The notes under the pieces are model-generated. The model saw only the letters and a list, made by a program, of their open reading frames with translations, did not search any database and had not been told where the DNA came from. Positions 21,131-30,430 of a DNA stretch of 64,000 nt are shown piece by piece. The stretch spans positions 167,882-231,881 of the forward strand of contig CAWBKP010000020.1 in assembly GCA_963789395.1 (NCBI GenBank), read 5' to 3'. The first letter of the stretch is position 1. Every line of letters starts with the position of its first letter. This DNA comes from an uncultured delta proteobacterium (GTDB taxonomy: Bacteria > Desulfobacterota > Desulfobacteria > Desulfobacterales > Desulfatirhabdiaceae). Both the position numbers and the translations under genes were made by a program.

Positions 21131-21349
21131 CGGTTCCCCCTCTCTTTAGCGCAAGACAATCACGCAGAGTTCACTATCAACCCGGATAACGCGCAATACA
21201 TTAACCAAGGTTTGCGCAAAAAACAAGCGCTATTTTCGAAATTAAAAGTTTCGCTATGAAAAATATAAAAGTTATCAAGGATATAAATTGCAATTATATT
21301 GATATATTAAAAATTAGTATGGACGCATTGCAGGATAAGTATACTGTCG

Positions 21350-21365
21350 TGGTACGGATGTTGCT
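21350..21365 (+). promoter_or_regulatory. Sigma54 (-24/-12) promoter for the Usp-TSUP operon
   Basis: TGGTACGGATGTTGCT, a near-consensus TGGCAC-N5-TTGC. Confidence 0.8.
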
Positions 21366-21455
21366 TTTATCCGGACAAAACATAATACGCAATTCCAAAA
21401 ATAACGGGAAGAATATCGAAAATTTGTATCTAAACATTTTAAAAGGAGGTGACAC

Positions 21456-21866
21456 ATGAAAATTTTGATGGCATTGGACGATTCAGAGCAGTCTTTTAAG
21501 GCGTTGGACAAAGCAGTGGATATGGCTCAAAAAGAAAAGGCCGAATTGATACTGATGACGGTGTATCCGGATTTTCCGGAAGACGAAGGCGGATTGCGGA
21601 AGGTAAGTGGGTCGCTGGTGCAGATGTCTGAAAAAACGGTTACAAAGGGAAGGTTGATAGCCGAAAAAGCAGGCATTGCCGCCTCAACTGTTATCGAGGG
21701 AGGATTTTCCGCAGCGGATAATATCGTTCAACACGCCGAAAAGAATAATATTGATTTGATCGTTCTGGGGCATAAGAGCAAAAGCGGCCTGGAAAGACTT
21801 CTGATGGGCAGCGTGGCCGGAAAAGTCGTAACCTATGCGCCGTGTTCGGTTCTGGTCGTTCGGTAA
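21456..21866 (+). CDS. Universal stress protein
   Basis: KILMALDDS, DLIVLG..KSGLERLLMGSVA..V..APCSVLVVR; AGGAGG RBS. Confidence 0.95.
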   Translation: MKILMALDDSEQSFKALDKAVDMAQKEKAELILMTVYPDFPEDEGGLRKVSGSLVQMSEKTVTKGRLIAEKAGIAASTVIEGGFSAADNIVQHAEKNNIDLIVLGHKSKSGLERLLMGSVAGKVVTYAPCSVLVVR

Positions 21867-21909
21867 GTTCAGCCCATGATATTCACATTATTATTGGAGG
21901 AGATTTCAC

Positions 21910-22231
21910 ATGAAGAAGTTTTTTTAAAAAAATACACAGGCACATGGCATCGCTTGTTATAAGCGCAACCAGTTTGGTTCTGTTGCTGCCGGCCCTGGCT
22001 ATGGCTGCCGGCGGGGGTAAGATTGACATCATGGTCATTGTGGCCGACACCCGCGGGTTGCCGGCATTTGAAGCCTGGTGGGCCAATCTATACAACGAAA
22101 GCCATTTCTATTTCACCGTGGTCACCGTCATTCTGATTCCGATCATCGGTGTTATTTTCGGCACGATTGCCGATTTTTTTATGAAATTTCTGGGTCTGGA
22201 TCTGGAGCACAGAGAACTGGCCGAACATTGA
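21910..22231 (+). CDS. DVU0150-like small membrane protein (the RBS-linked ATG at 21910 is out of frame by one base in a T7A7 run; in-frame ATG at 21944)
   Basis: AMAAGGG..IMVIVADTRGL..WWANLYNESH..TM..GLDLEHRELAEH pattern; precedes a TSUP gene. Confidence 0.75.
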
Positions 22232-22264
22232 TCCTGCAATTTAACGGTTTAAGGAGGGGATAGC

Positions 22265-23319
22265 ATGGAATGGTTATATGTATTGATGCCCATAGCAGGC
22301 GTTAAAATATTCTGGCCGGGTCTGATCATTCTCGGTGTAGGCGTTGGCGTAATCGGCGGATTTTTTGGCATGGGCGGGGCGTGGATGGTAACCCCCGGCC
22401 TGAACATTCTCGGGTTTCCCATGGCATTTGCCATCGGTACGGACATCGCGCACATGGCCGGAAAATCCCTGATTTCCACCATGCGACACGGCAAATTCGG
22501 CAATGTCGATTACAAGCTCGGCTGTATCATGATCGTGGGAACGGTCGCAGGGTTTGAGATCGGCGCTCAGATGGTCATGTGGATGGAGCGACTGGGAAAT
22601 GTCGAGAAAGTGGTGCGATATATTTACCTGGTGCTGCTGGTCCTGATCGCATGGACGGTTTTTGCCGATGTGGTAAAGAAAATGAATAAAGACCGTGCGG
22701 CAGTAAAGGCAGGAAAAGAAGTCGATGCCCTGAGCACCGGTATTGAATGGCACAAGACCCTTCATAAAATGAAAATCCCGCCCATGGTGCATTTACATGT
22801 CGCGGGTATCTATTGCTCGGCCTGGCTGCCGATTGGTGTGAGTTTTCTGACCGGCTGGCTGGCTGGGATTCTGGGCATCGGCGGCGGTCTCATCCGGATG
22901 CCGGCCCTGATCTATCTGCTTGGCTGCCCCACGCACGTTGCGGTTGGAACCGACCTGTTTGAGGTGATGATATCCGGTCTTTACGGTGCGGCCACATACA
23001 CGTTCAAAGGAAGAACCGAACTGGTGGCGGCCATCATCATGCTCATGGGTGCGGCAATCGGCGCGCAGATCGGCTCCGTGGCCACCAAATACATCAAGGG
23101 TTACGGTATCCGCATTGCCTTTGGTTGGCGGTTATCGGCTGCGCGCTTTCCATTCTGCTGAAGTTTATCGGCAAATGGTATCCGGCTTATGCCACACTGA
23201 TGGACAACTCGGCAACAGCGCTGATTCTGGGCCTGGTTTCCGCCCTGTCACTGTATATCATTCTGGCATTCATCAAAGGCGCCAAGGCTGAAATTGCCGC
23301 GAAAAAGGCAAGAGCCTGA
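22265..23319 (+). CDS. TSUP (TauE/SafE) family transporter; frameshift near 23122
   Basis: GGFFGMGGAWMVTP, AIGTD, GILGIGGG..RMP, AVGTDL; continues in ORF 23125..23319. Confidence 0.85.
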
Positions 23320-23360
23320 TTTGCAGAAACTCAAATCTAAATGCTACTCAAGGAGTCGAT

Positions 23361-23975
23361 ATGATGAGAAAAATATTATGGACAATGGCCACCGCAATTC
23401 TTCTGCCGATATTTCTTTTCGGGTGCAACACGGATTTTGGCACGGTGGATCAGGGAAGAACGATCGAATTTGACAAGGAAAAAGGGCTTGTCACGATCAT
23501 TCGGGATGTAAAGCACGATGCCAAGAATCCGGATTACAGCCATCTGCCGCCGGTGACCTATTTAAAGCCTGCCAATCCAGCGGAAATGGGTGCGGATCCC
23601 AAGGCCGGCTATCGCATGAAACTGGACACCAAAAATAAGCAGATCGTCATCTTTGACAAGGCTGCGCAGAATTTCAAAACCATTGACTATATCCCCGTAG
23701 ATGAGCAGGAAAACATTGATCGTAAACATCCGCTGGTCTATGATAACGCGACTGAGACGGCCAAGAAATTCCCGCTGGTTGACAAAGACAAGAAACAGAT
23801 CACCATTTATTCCTCGCGCCAGAAGCTTCTGGTTACGATCAGTGTGCCGGCCGAGTATTTTGCGCTGCCGGATTACACCTGGGATTCCGGGGACGAAGTC
23901 CGGATTTATTTTAAGGAGGCGGGAAAGGCTTTACGGTTCATGAATATCAGCAAGACGGATATTTTCAAGAAATAG
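23361..23975 (+). CDS. DUF4881-like lipoprotein
   Basis: Lipobox LFGC; GTVDQGRTIEFDK, EMGADPKAGYRMKLD, C-terminal FMNISKTDIFKK. Confidence 0.7.
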   Translation: MMRKILWTMATAILLPIFLFGCNTDFGTVDQGRTIEFDKEKGLVTIIRDVKHDAKNPDYSHLPPVTYLKPANPAEMGADPKAGYRMKLDTKNKQIVIFDKAAQNFKTIDYIPVDEQENIDRKHPLVYDNATETAKKFPLVDKDKKQITIYSSRQKLLVTISVPAEYFALPDYTWDSGDEVRIYFKEAGKALRFMNISKTDIFKK

Positions 23976-24041
23976 CATCATGAAAAAATACCGGACGGGG
24001 CCTGTCTCCGTCCGGAACAGTTCGTTTGAAGGAGTCCGGAA

Positions 24042-24305
24042 ATGATAAATGTGTTCAACAGCGATGCCGAAACGGATGCCCCGGTGATTGATGCATTGAA
24101 CTTTAACCAGAAGATTGTCGTCGTCACCCTGGATGTGCTGATTCTTGTTGAATTGAGCATCGGGATGTATTATGCAAACCTGGCGCCGGAGGCGTTTACG
24201 TCAACTTTCGTAAAAACCTTTTTCAGCCTGCTTTTGCCGAGCGTTCTCACCGCGCTGTTTTTGCTGCGCCGCCTTAAGTCAAAAGCCGCAAGCGTTGTCG
24301 CATGA
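24042..24305 (+). CDS. Small two-TM membrane protein
   Basis: AGGAG RBS; two hydrophobic segments; ATGA overlap with the next gene. Confidence 0.7.
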   Translation: MINVFNSDAETDAPVIDALNFNQKIVVVTLDVLILVELSIGMYYANLAPEAFTSTFVKTFFSLLLPSVLTALFLLRRLKSKAASVVA

Positions 24306-25093
24306 CTCCTGACAAACTGTGTGTTCTTCGGAAGACGGCCGGCAGAGTCGGGGCCGTCTTTTGTATTTTGATCGCCATCGTCCTGGTGGATTCGTTGATA
24401 TCCAGATTTATTTATGAGTTCAACGTTTTTTACACCCGGGTGGGTGGGCAGTATGATCTGACCGGTATGATGCCGGAAAAATCGGAAAAGATGGAAGACC
24501 TGGTTGCGGAAACAGATTCCCCCAAAGTGGTTCTGGAATTCACCGAGGTTTTTTCCGGTTTCTGGCTGGGCAACACGATGTGGCGGGGAAAGGTGAGGGT
24601 CTCTGAAAACGCCCATCCGGGTGAGTATGCAATCAAGGTTCATGACGCCAGGGACACAAAAACCAATCCGGCACTGATCTTTCTTGCCAAAGTCTACCCG
24701 GATGCACTCAGCCTGAGAAAAAGTCACGGCCCGTATCTGGAACGCTATTACGGTATTACGGCCGGATGGGCCGCCTTGATTCTGTTTCCGGGACTGGGCA
24801 TTATCATGCTGTTTAATTTTTTTGTTTCAAGTCGCCTGGAAAGGGCATTGGCAGACACCGGTCAGGCCGAAGTTTACATGGCCAAACGGGTACCGGAGGG
24901 AATCCGGATAGCCTTTTCCCTGGGGAATAAACAGGGACTGAAGCGCGGTGAGCAGCTTGATATCTTGAATTTACAGGGCGCGGTTGTTGGAGAGGCTGAG
25001 GTGCAGACCACGGGACAGACGGATTCCTTCGCTGTTGCCGTCACGGATCTGGACTTCGGCCAAATCATCAGCGTCCGGCGGCGTCCTGCCTGA
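24302..25093 (+). CDS. Conserved hypothetical membrane protein
   Basis: Two TM segments; GFWLGNTMWRG motif; last gene of the operon. Confidence 0.75.
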   Translation: MTPDKLCVLRKTAGRVGAVFCILIAIVLVDSLISRFIYEFNVFYTRVGGQYDLTGMMPEKSEKMEDLVAETDSPKVVLEFTEVFSGFWLGNTMWRGKVRVSENAHPGEYAIKVHDARDTKTNPALIFLAKVYPDALSLRKSHGPYLERYYGITAGWAALILFPGLGIIMLFNFFVSSRLERALADTGQAEVYMAKRVPEGIRIAFSLGNKQGLKRGEQLDILNLQGAVVGEAEVQTTGQTDSFAVAVTDLDFGQIISVRRRPA

Positions 25094-25182
25094 CCTACTG
25101 CTTCACAAAGGGTTTTTTCTCTTTAATCCCTCGTTATTTCCTATTCATTGAAGAATTGGTAATCTCGTAAAAATAAAAAATC

Positions 25183-25457
25183 TGACGGCTTTTAAAAAGT
25201 TCGCAGGCAAGGCGCGCAAATCCTGAAGCATGAGGCGTACTTTTAATGTACGCCGCAATGACGAAGGATGCAGCGCTACGCAGCATCCGGACTTTTTACC
25301 ATGAGAATAGATTTCCCCCCCTTTGGAAAAGGGGGGCCAGGGGGGATTTCGGATGAACTGTTGAAAAATCCCCCTCAATCCCCCTTTTCCAAAGGGGGAA
25401 GACCTTTTCATTGACGTGGGCGAAATCCTGATTTCATTCACGTTTACGAAGCTGTCA
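25183..25457. mobile_element. MITE-like non-autonomous element whose right inverted repeat is interrupted by an insert
   Basis: Left end TGACGGCTTTTAAAAAGT; right end ACTTTTTAC (25291-25299) plus GAAGCTGTCA (25448-25457); internal hairpins GGCGTAC..GTACGCC and GGATGC..GCATCC. Confidence 0.65.
25313..25400. repeat. Inverted pair of REP-like palindromes
   Basis: CCCCCTTTGGAAAAGGGGGGCCAGGGGGGATTT and its inverted copy AAATCCCCCTCAATCCCCCTTTTCCAAAGGGGG. Confidence 0.8.
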
Positions 25458-25460
25458 AAC

Positions 25461-26432
25461 TTAAACCGTAATCTTCCAGCAGCGGTGGATTGTCTTTTTC
25501 TTGCAGACGTAGTCCTCGGGAATGGTGATGGCCGTGATTTCCGTGGCGTCCGCTATTTCAAGGCCATCCAGGCGCGGCTCGAAATGCTGATGATTGGTCG
25601 AAAAGAAAATCGTGGCGCCCGCTCTCATCACCGAAACGACGGCGGTAAGCAGCAGGGGATGATCCGCGGATATGTCAAAATCATGAGATTTTTCCCTGCT
25701 TGTTGAAAAAGACGGCGGATCCACGACCGCAAGATCAAAAGTTTGTTGCTCGCGTTTGGCTTTCCTGAGAAAATCGAATGTATCGGCTTGAACCAGCGCG
25801 TTCCCTTCTTCGCTGATTCCGTTGAGCGTCATATTCTCCCTGGCCCATCGGATCGTGGTTTCCGATCTGTCCACGGAAACCGTACTGCGTGCACCCCCCT
25901 TTGCCGCATAGCAGGAGAATGATCCGGTGTAGCAGTAAAGGTTCAGAAAATCCCTGCCATCGGCCAGTTCTCTGACCAGTTGCCGCGTGTTTCTGTGATC
26001 TGAAAAAAGTCCGGTATCCACGTAATCACAAAGGTTGACGTAGAAAAAAAGGTCTCTTTCGGAAACGACGAGCTTCTGATCCGTGTAATCGAGGCGTTCA
26101 TACCGGTTGCCTTCCCGGCCTCCCATGTGCCTTTCTTTCAGATGAACCTTTTCTGTTGGAACATGCAGCGCTTCGGCCACGGCCGCCCCCATCATGGGCA
26201 GCCATTCGGGAGTGGACTGTTTTCGCGTGTATTCGGCAATGACCAGATGCCCGGCATACCAGTCGACGGCGGCGCGTATTTCAGGGATATCCCAGTCGTA
26301 GAGCCTGAATACATCGATGTGCTGTCCGGAAAAGCGTTTGCGAAGATGCTTGAACCGTTTTTTCACCTTGTTTGCAAGCATCTGCGCCTGATTTCGGTAT
26401 TTTCCCTGCAATTCAGATTCCGGAGGTGTCAT
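25461..26432 (-). CDS. Class I SAM-dependent rRNA methyltransferase (RlmK/RlmI-like, stand-alone)
   Basis: FRLYDWDIPE, DTGLFSDHR, FLNLYCYTGSF, VDPPSFS. Confidence 0.85.
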   Translation of the reverse strand: MTPPESELQGKYRNQAQMLANKVKKRFKHLRKRFSGQHIDVFRLYDWDIPEIRAAVDWYAGHLVIAEYTRKQSTPEWLPMMGAAVAEALHVPTEKVHLKERHMGGREGNRYERLDYTDQKLVVSERDLFFYVNLCDYVDTGLFSDHRNTRQLVRELADGRDFLNLYCYTGSFSCYAAKGGARSTVSVDRSETTIRWARENMTLNGISEEGNALVQADTFDFLRKAKREQQTFDLAVVDPPSFSTSREKSHDFDISADHPLLLTAVVSVMRAGATIFFSTNHQHFEPRLDGLEIADATEITAITIPEDYVCKKKTIHRCWKITV

Positions 26433-26528
26433 GCATTGTCTTTCAGTTTCATGCGGCGTTAATGGTTGTGGTATTTTAATGATGTTACCGTTTTAATGAC
26501 GGATTTGCAATAATCCTTCGGATGCCTT

Positions 26529-27350
26529 TTATTTCCAGTATCTGTGAAAATGATGGACAGGCCCGTGCCCGTTTCCAAGCTGATAGGCTGCGCCGGCCTC
26601 CAGGGCTGCGGTGATATAGGTTTTTGCATACCGGACGGCATCCTCAAGCGGGTGGCCTTTTGCCAGATGGGCGGCAATTGCAGCCGACAGGGTGCAGCCG
26701 GTGCCGTGGGTATTGCGGGTATCGATTCTTGTTGATTCAAACGGTCTTATCCGGTCATTTTTTGCCGTGTATAATACATCCAGCATCCGTTGGGACTTCC
26801 CATGTCCGCCTTTCAGGACAACTGCCTGTGCGCCGAATGCGGAGAGATTTTTGCATGCGGTTTCAAGCTCAAAACCGTCGGCCCCGAGCAGCTCCTCAAC
26901 CGGCAGGTTCAGCAGGATGGCGGCTTCCGGCAAATTGGGCGTGATCACGGTGGCAACGGGAAACAGAATGGTTTTCAAGGCATCCACGGCATCATCCTGA
27001 AGCAGTTTGTCTCCGCCGGTTGAGACCATTACCGGATCCACGACGATATTCCGGGACCCGTAATGTTTGAGACGTTCCGTAACGGCCAGTATCACTTCCC
27101 GGGAATGCAGCATCCCGATTTTAACGGCATCAACGCCGATATCTTCCATGACGGCATCAATCTGCATTGCAATAAATTCCGGTGAAACCGGATAAATGCC
27201 GGTCACGGAACGGGTATTTTGAGCGGTCAGGGCGCTGATCACGGACATACCGTAGCATCCCAGGGCGGAAAAAGTCTTTAAATCCGCCTGAATTCCCGCC
27301 CCGCCGCCGCTGTCCGAGCCGGCGATGGTCAAGAGTCTGTAATACTTCAT
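26529..27350 (-). CDS. thiD: Hydroxymethylpyrimidine/phosphomethylpyrimidine kinase
   Basis: TIAGSDSGGGAGIQADLKTF, TPNLPEA, THGTGCTLS. Confidence 0.95.
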   Translation of the reverse strand: MKYYRLLTIAGSDSGGGAGIQADLKTFSALGCYGMSVISALTAQNTRSVTGIYPVSPEFIAMQIDAVMEDIGVDAVKIGMLHSREVILAVTERLKHYGSRNIVVDPVMVSTGGDKLLQDDAVDALKTILFPVATVITPNLPEAAILLNLPVEELLGADGFELETACKNLSAFGAQAVVLKGGHGKSQRMLDVLYTAKNDRIRPFESTRIDTRNTHGTGCTLSAAIAAHLAKGHPLEDAVRYAKTYITAALEAGAAYQLGNGHGPVHHFHRYWK

Positions 27351-27384
27351 GGCGTTATTCCTATTATGTGATCATTTTGAACGC

Positions 27385-28032
27385 TCAAGGGGCCGGAGTC
27401 TGGGTTTCCCGGGATCCGAGGATGATCCGCCGGAGATTCTCCGTTGCTTGTTGCGGGTCAGGTGCGGAACAAATCGCGGAAACAACGGCAATGCTGTCCG
27501 CCCCGGCCTGCATGACTTCGGCGGCATTTGACGCGTTGATGCCCCCGATCGCAACCAGGGGGTGACGGGAAATGGCTCTGACTTGCCGCAGTCCGTCGAT
27601 TCCCCAATGATGCCGGGTGTCGGTTTTTGTGGGTGTTGAAAAAATGGCGCTGACGCCCAGATAGGTGACATTCAAAGTTTGCGCTGCTTGAACCTGCTCC
27701 ATTGTTTCAACAGACAACCCGATAATGGCCCCGGGTCCCAGCAATTTCCGGACAAGCGGATACGGCATGTCATCCTGGCCGATGTGAACCCCGTCTGCCC
27801 CGACAGCCAGCGCCACATCCACGCGATCGTTGATTATCAGGGGAACGTTGTATGGAGCCAGAATTTTCTTGATGCGCCGCGCTTCTTCGACAAAAAAACG
27901 GGTGGATGCGTCTTTTTCCCGGAGTTGAATCATTGCGGCGCCGCCTTTTACAGCAAGGAGAATCACCTCATCCAGGGGTTTTCCGGACAGCGCAGCCCGA
28001 TCCGTTACCAGATAGATACCGTTGATGTTCAT
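27385..28032 (-). CDS. thiE: Thiamine phosphate synthase
   Basis: [32 protein letters not shown]. Confidence 0.95.
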   Translation of the reverse strand: MNINGIYLVTDRAALSGKPLDEVILLAVKGGAAMIQLREKDASTRFFVEEARRIKKILAPYNVPLIINDRVDVALAVGADGVHIGQDDMPYPLVRKLLGPGAIIGLSVETMEQVQAAQTLNVTYLGVSAIFSTPTKTDTRHHWGIDGLRQVRAISRHPLVAIGGINASNAAEVMQAGADSIAVVSAICSAPDPQQATENLRRIILGSRETQTPAP

Positions 28033-28832
28033 GGCTCCAGCTTTATCCGCCTGCTGATGTCCGATTCCGTCAAGGCGTAGAGCATATCTATAAAATGCAG
28101 TTGCAGACTTCCCGGCCCTTTGGCCTGTTCCGCGGCCATTTCACCGGCGATTCCCATGACCGCCATGGCGTGAACGGTAGCGGCAACCGCGGAAGGATTG
28201 ACACCGAGAAAAGCGCCGCAGAGTGCCGAAGCAGTACATCCCAGGCCAGTGACCCTGGGCATCATGGCATGCCCGTTTTTGACCTGCTGGACGATATCGC
28301 CGGAAACGATATAATCGATCTCGCCCGTGATGCAGACTACCGAACCATGCACGTTGTTAAGTTCCCGTGCGGCTGAAACTGCGGATTCCGAAGCGGCAAT
28401 GCTGTCGACGCCTTTTGTCTTTGAGCCGCTTTTTACGACAGCCATGATTTCGGAGGCATTCCCCCGGATGACGGCAACAGGCGCCACCGAAAGAAGCTGC
28501 AGAACCGTTTCCGTACGGTACGGTGTTGCGCCGGCGCCCACCGGGTCCAGAACGATCGGCACGCCGCAGGTTTGTGCCTGAAGCATGGCTTTTTGCATGG
28601 CTTGAATCCAGGGTTCACTTAACGTTCCGATGTTTATCACCAGCGCCCTGGCAATCCCGACCATGTCGCTGACTTCCTCCCGGGCATGCGCCATCACCGG
28701 AGATGCGCCGATGGCCAGCAGGGCGTTGGCTGTCGTATTCATGGCTACATAGTTGGTAATGTTATGAACCAGCGGCGCCTGGCGGCGGATTGCAAGAACA
28801 TCCGACCAGACGGTTTGTGCAGTTATCTTCAT
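28029..28832 (-). CDS. thiM: Hydroxyethylthiazole kinase
   Basis: [44 protein letters not shown]. Confidence 0.95.
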   Translation of the reverse strand: MKITAQTVWSDVLAIRRQAPLVHNITNYVAMNTTANALLAIGASPVMAHAREEVSDMVGIARALVINIGTLSEPWIQAMQKAMLQAQTCGVPIVLDPVGAGATPYRTETVLQLLSVAPVAVIRGNASEIMAVVKSGSKTKGVDSIAASESAVSAARELNNVHGSVVCITGEIDYIVSGDIVQQVKNGHAMMPRVTGLGCTASALCGAFLGVNPSAVAATVHAMAVMGIAGEMAAEQAKGPGSLQLHFIDMLYALTESDISRRIKLEP

Positions 28833-28849
28833 GCGAAATATTCCTTTGA

Positions 28850-30115
28850 CTAAAGACGTTTCATGGCGCACCATTCCCCGCACATGGTGCAGGGCAGATC
28901 ATTTTTAGCGTCCGGCGATTCCGTCCCGACTTTCTCAAGGTAGCGGCTGAATTTGCTTTTATCGATGGACAGCGCCTCCTGGGCATTCCAGTCAAAACGC
29001 CGCCTTGCCTGCGACATCTCCAGATTCCGGGCGATCGCATCGGGCCGTTTTCTGGCAAGGTCCGCAGCGGCTGCCGCGATTCTGGATGCAATGACGCCTT
29101 CGTGGACATCCTCAAGCGTCGGCAGGCGCAAATGCTCGGCGGGCGTCACATAACACAGAAAGTCCGCGCCGTACATTCCCGCCAGGGCGCCGCCGATGGC
29201 CCCCGCGATATGGTCGTATCCGGCTGCATGGTCGATGGTCAGCGGCCCCAGCACGTAAAACGGCGCGCCGTCGCAGAGCTCTTTTTCCTTTCTGACATTT
29301 TCTTCTATCAGATTCAGCGGCACATGCCCCGGCCCTTCCACCATCACCTGGACGTTTGCCGCTCGGCATCGCTGTACCAGTTCTCCGATGATTTCAAGCT
29401 CTCCGAACTGCGCCGCATCGTTGGCGTCATGGGTGCAGCCGGGCCGCAGCCCGTCGCCGATGGACAGGGTGATATCATAAGCGTTTGCCACGGCAAGGAT
29501 GTCATCAAAATGCGTGTACAGGAAGCTTTCCTTTGCCTGATGCTTCATCCACTGCGCCATGATGGCGCCGCCGCGGCTGACCACGCCAAGCGTCCGCCGT
29601 TCAATCAACGGCAGGTGTTGGCTTAATAAACCGGCATGAATGGTCATGAAATCCACGCCTTCTGCCGCCTGCTTTTCCACGATTCGCAAAAAATGCGAAA
29701 AATGCAGCTGGTTCGTGGTATCCAGTCCGATCATTGCATCGTAGATCGGAACCGTTCCCAGGGTGATATCGAATTCTTCGATGATGCGTTTTCTGAAATC
29801 GGAGCTGTTCCCGGCAATGGATAGATCCATGACCGCATCCGCACCGGCAGCGATCGCCGCCTTAAGCTTTAGAATTTCATTGTCGAAATCGCAGCTTGCC
29901 GGGGACGTGCCGATATTGGCATTGATTTTCACGCGGGTGTCTTTGCCGATGGCAACCGGGCTCAGCGCCCCATGCCGGTTGTTTCGCGGCACAACGACAT
30001 GCCCTCTTATGATACTTTGGATAAATTCTGACGGGCGGATGCGTTCGGCTTTTGCAAGCAGCGGAACATGCGGCGGAGCGTTTCCTTTTTGCAGGGCTTC
30101 GATGAGGGTGCTCAT
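28850..30115 (-). CDS. thiC: Phosphomethylpyrimidine synthase
   Basis: [55 protein letters not shown]. Confidence 0.95.
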   Translation of the reverse strand: MSTLIEALQKGNAPPHVPLLAKAERIRPSEFIQSIIRGHVVVPRNNRHGALSPVAIGKDTRVKINANIGTSPASCDFDNEILKLKAAIAAGADAVMDLSIAGNSSDFRKRIIEEFDITLGTVPIYDAMIGLDTTNQLHFSHFLRIVEKQAAEGVDFMTIHAGLLSQHLPLIERRTLGVVSRGGAIMAQWMKHQAKESFLYTHFDDILAVANAYDITLSIGDGLRPGCTHDANDAAQFGELEIIGELVQRCRAANVQVMVEGPGHVPLNLIEENVRKEKELCDGAPFYVLGPLTIDHAAGYDHIAGAIGGALAGMYGADFLCYVTPAEHLRLPTLEDVHEGVIASRIAAAAADLARKRPDAIARNLEMSQARRRFDWNAQEALSIDKSKFSRYLEKVGTESPDAKNDLPCTMCGEWCAMKRL

Positions 30116-30133
30116 GGGTTCTTTCTTTCAAAA

Positions 30134-30177
30134 CAAAAAAAGCAGGTGAACGCGTAAGAAACGTTTCACCTGCTTTC
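30134..30177 (-). terminator. Intrinsic terminator forming the TPP riboswitch expression platform
   Basis: AAAGCAGGTGAA...TTCACCTGCTTT followed by a T tract, just upstream of thiC. Confidence 0.85.
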
Positions 30178-30189
30178 GCAAAATTTTCG

Positions 30190-30275
30190 TGTTTCCTTAC
30201 GCTGGCATTATCCAGGTCAAGTTCAAGGGTATGTTCTCAGCCCGATGCAATCACTTCCCGGGCACCCCTAACAGT
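30190..30275 (-). ncRNA. TPP riboswitch (THI box)
   Basis: AGGGGTGCCCG..CGGGCTGAGA..ATACCCTTGAACTTGACCTGGATAATGCCAGCGTAAGGAA upstream of thiC. Confidence 0.95.
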
Positions 30276-30296
30276 CTCAGCTGTTATTACAGCTTA

Positions 30297-30325
30297 AGCT
30301 TAGAACCATCCTCATATCCTGTCAA
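30297..30325 (-). promoter_or_regulatory. Sigma70 promoter of the thi operon
   Basis: TTGACA-17 nt-TAAGCT just upstream of the aptamer. Confidence 0.7.
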
Positions 30326-30430
30326 ATGATTTTTTTGTCTTGAAATCGTCTCTTAATACGGGGCCCTTTTACGACTATCTGAAGATACAACAAAAAGTGC
30401 AACATCTGCCCGGTATAGGATACAGGGAGT

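Noticed and set aside
23991..24015. Hairpin CCGGACGG..CCGTCCGG as operon terminator
   Set aside because: No T tract on the sense strand; may only stabilise mRNA
25145..25441. 98-aa minus-strand ORF
   Set aside because: Translation of the MITE/REP repeat, not a credible protein
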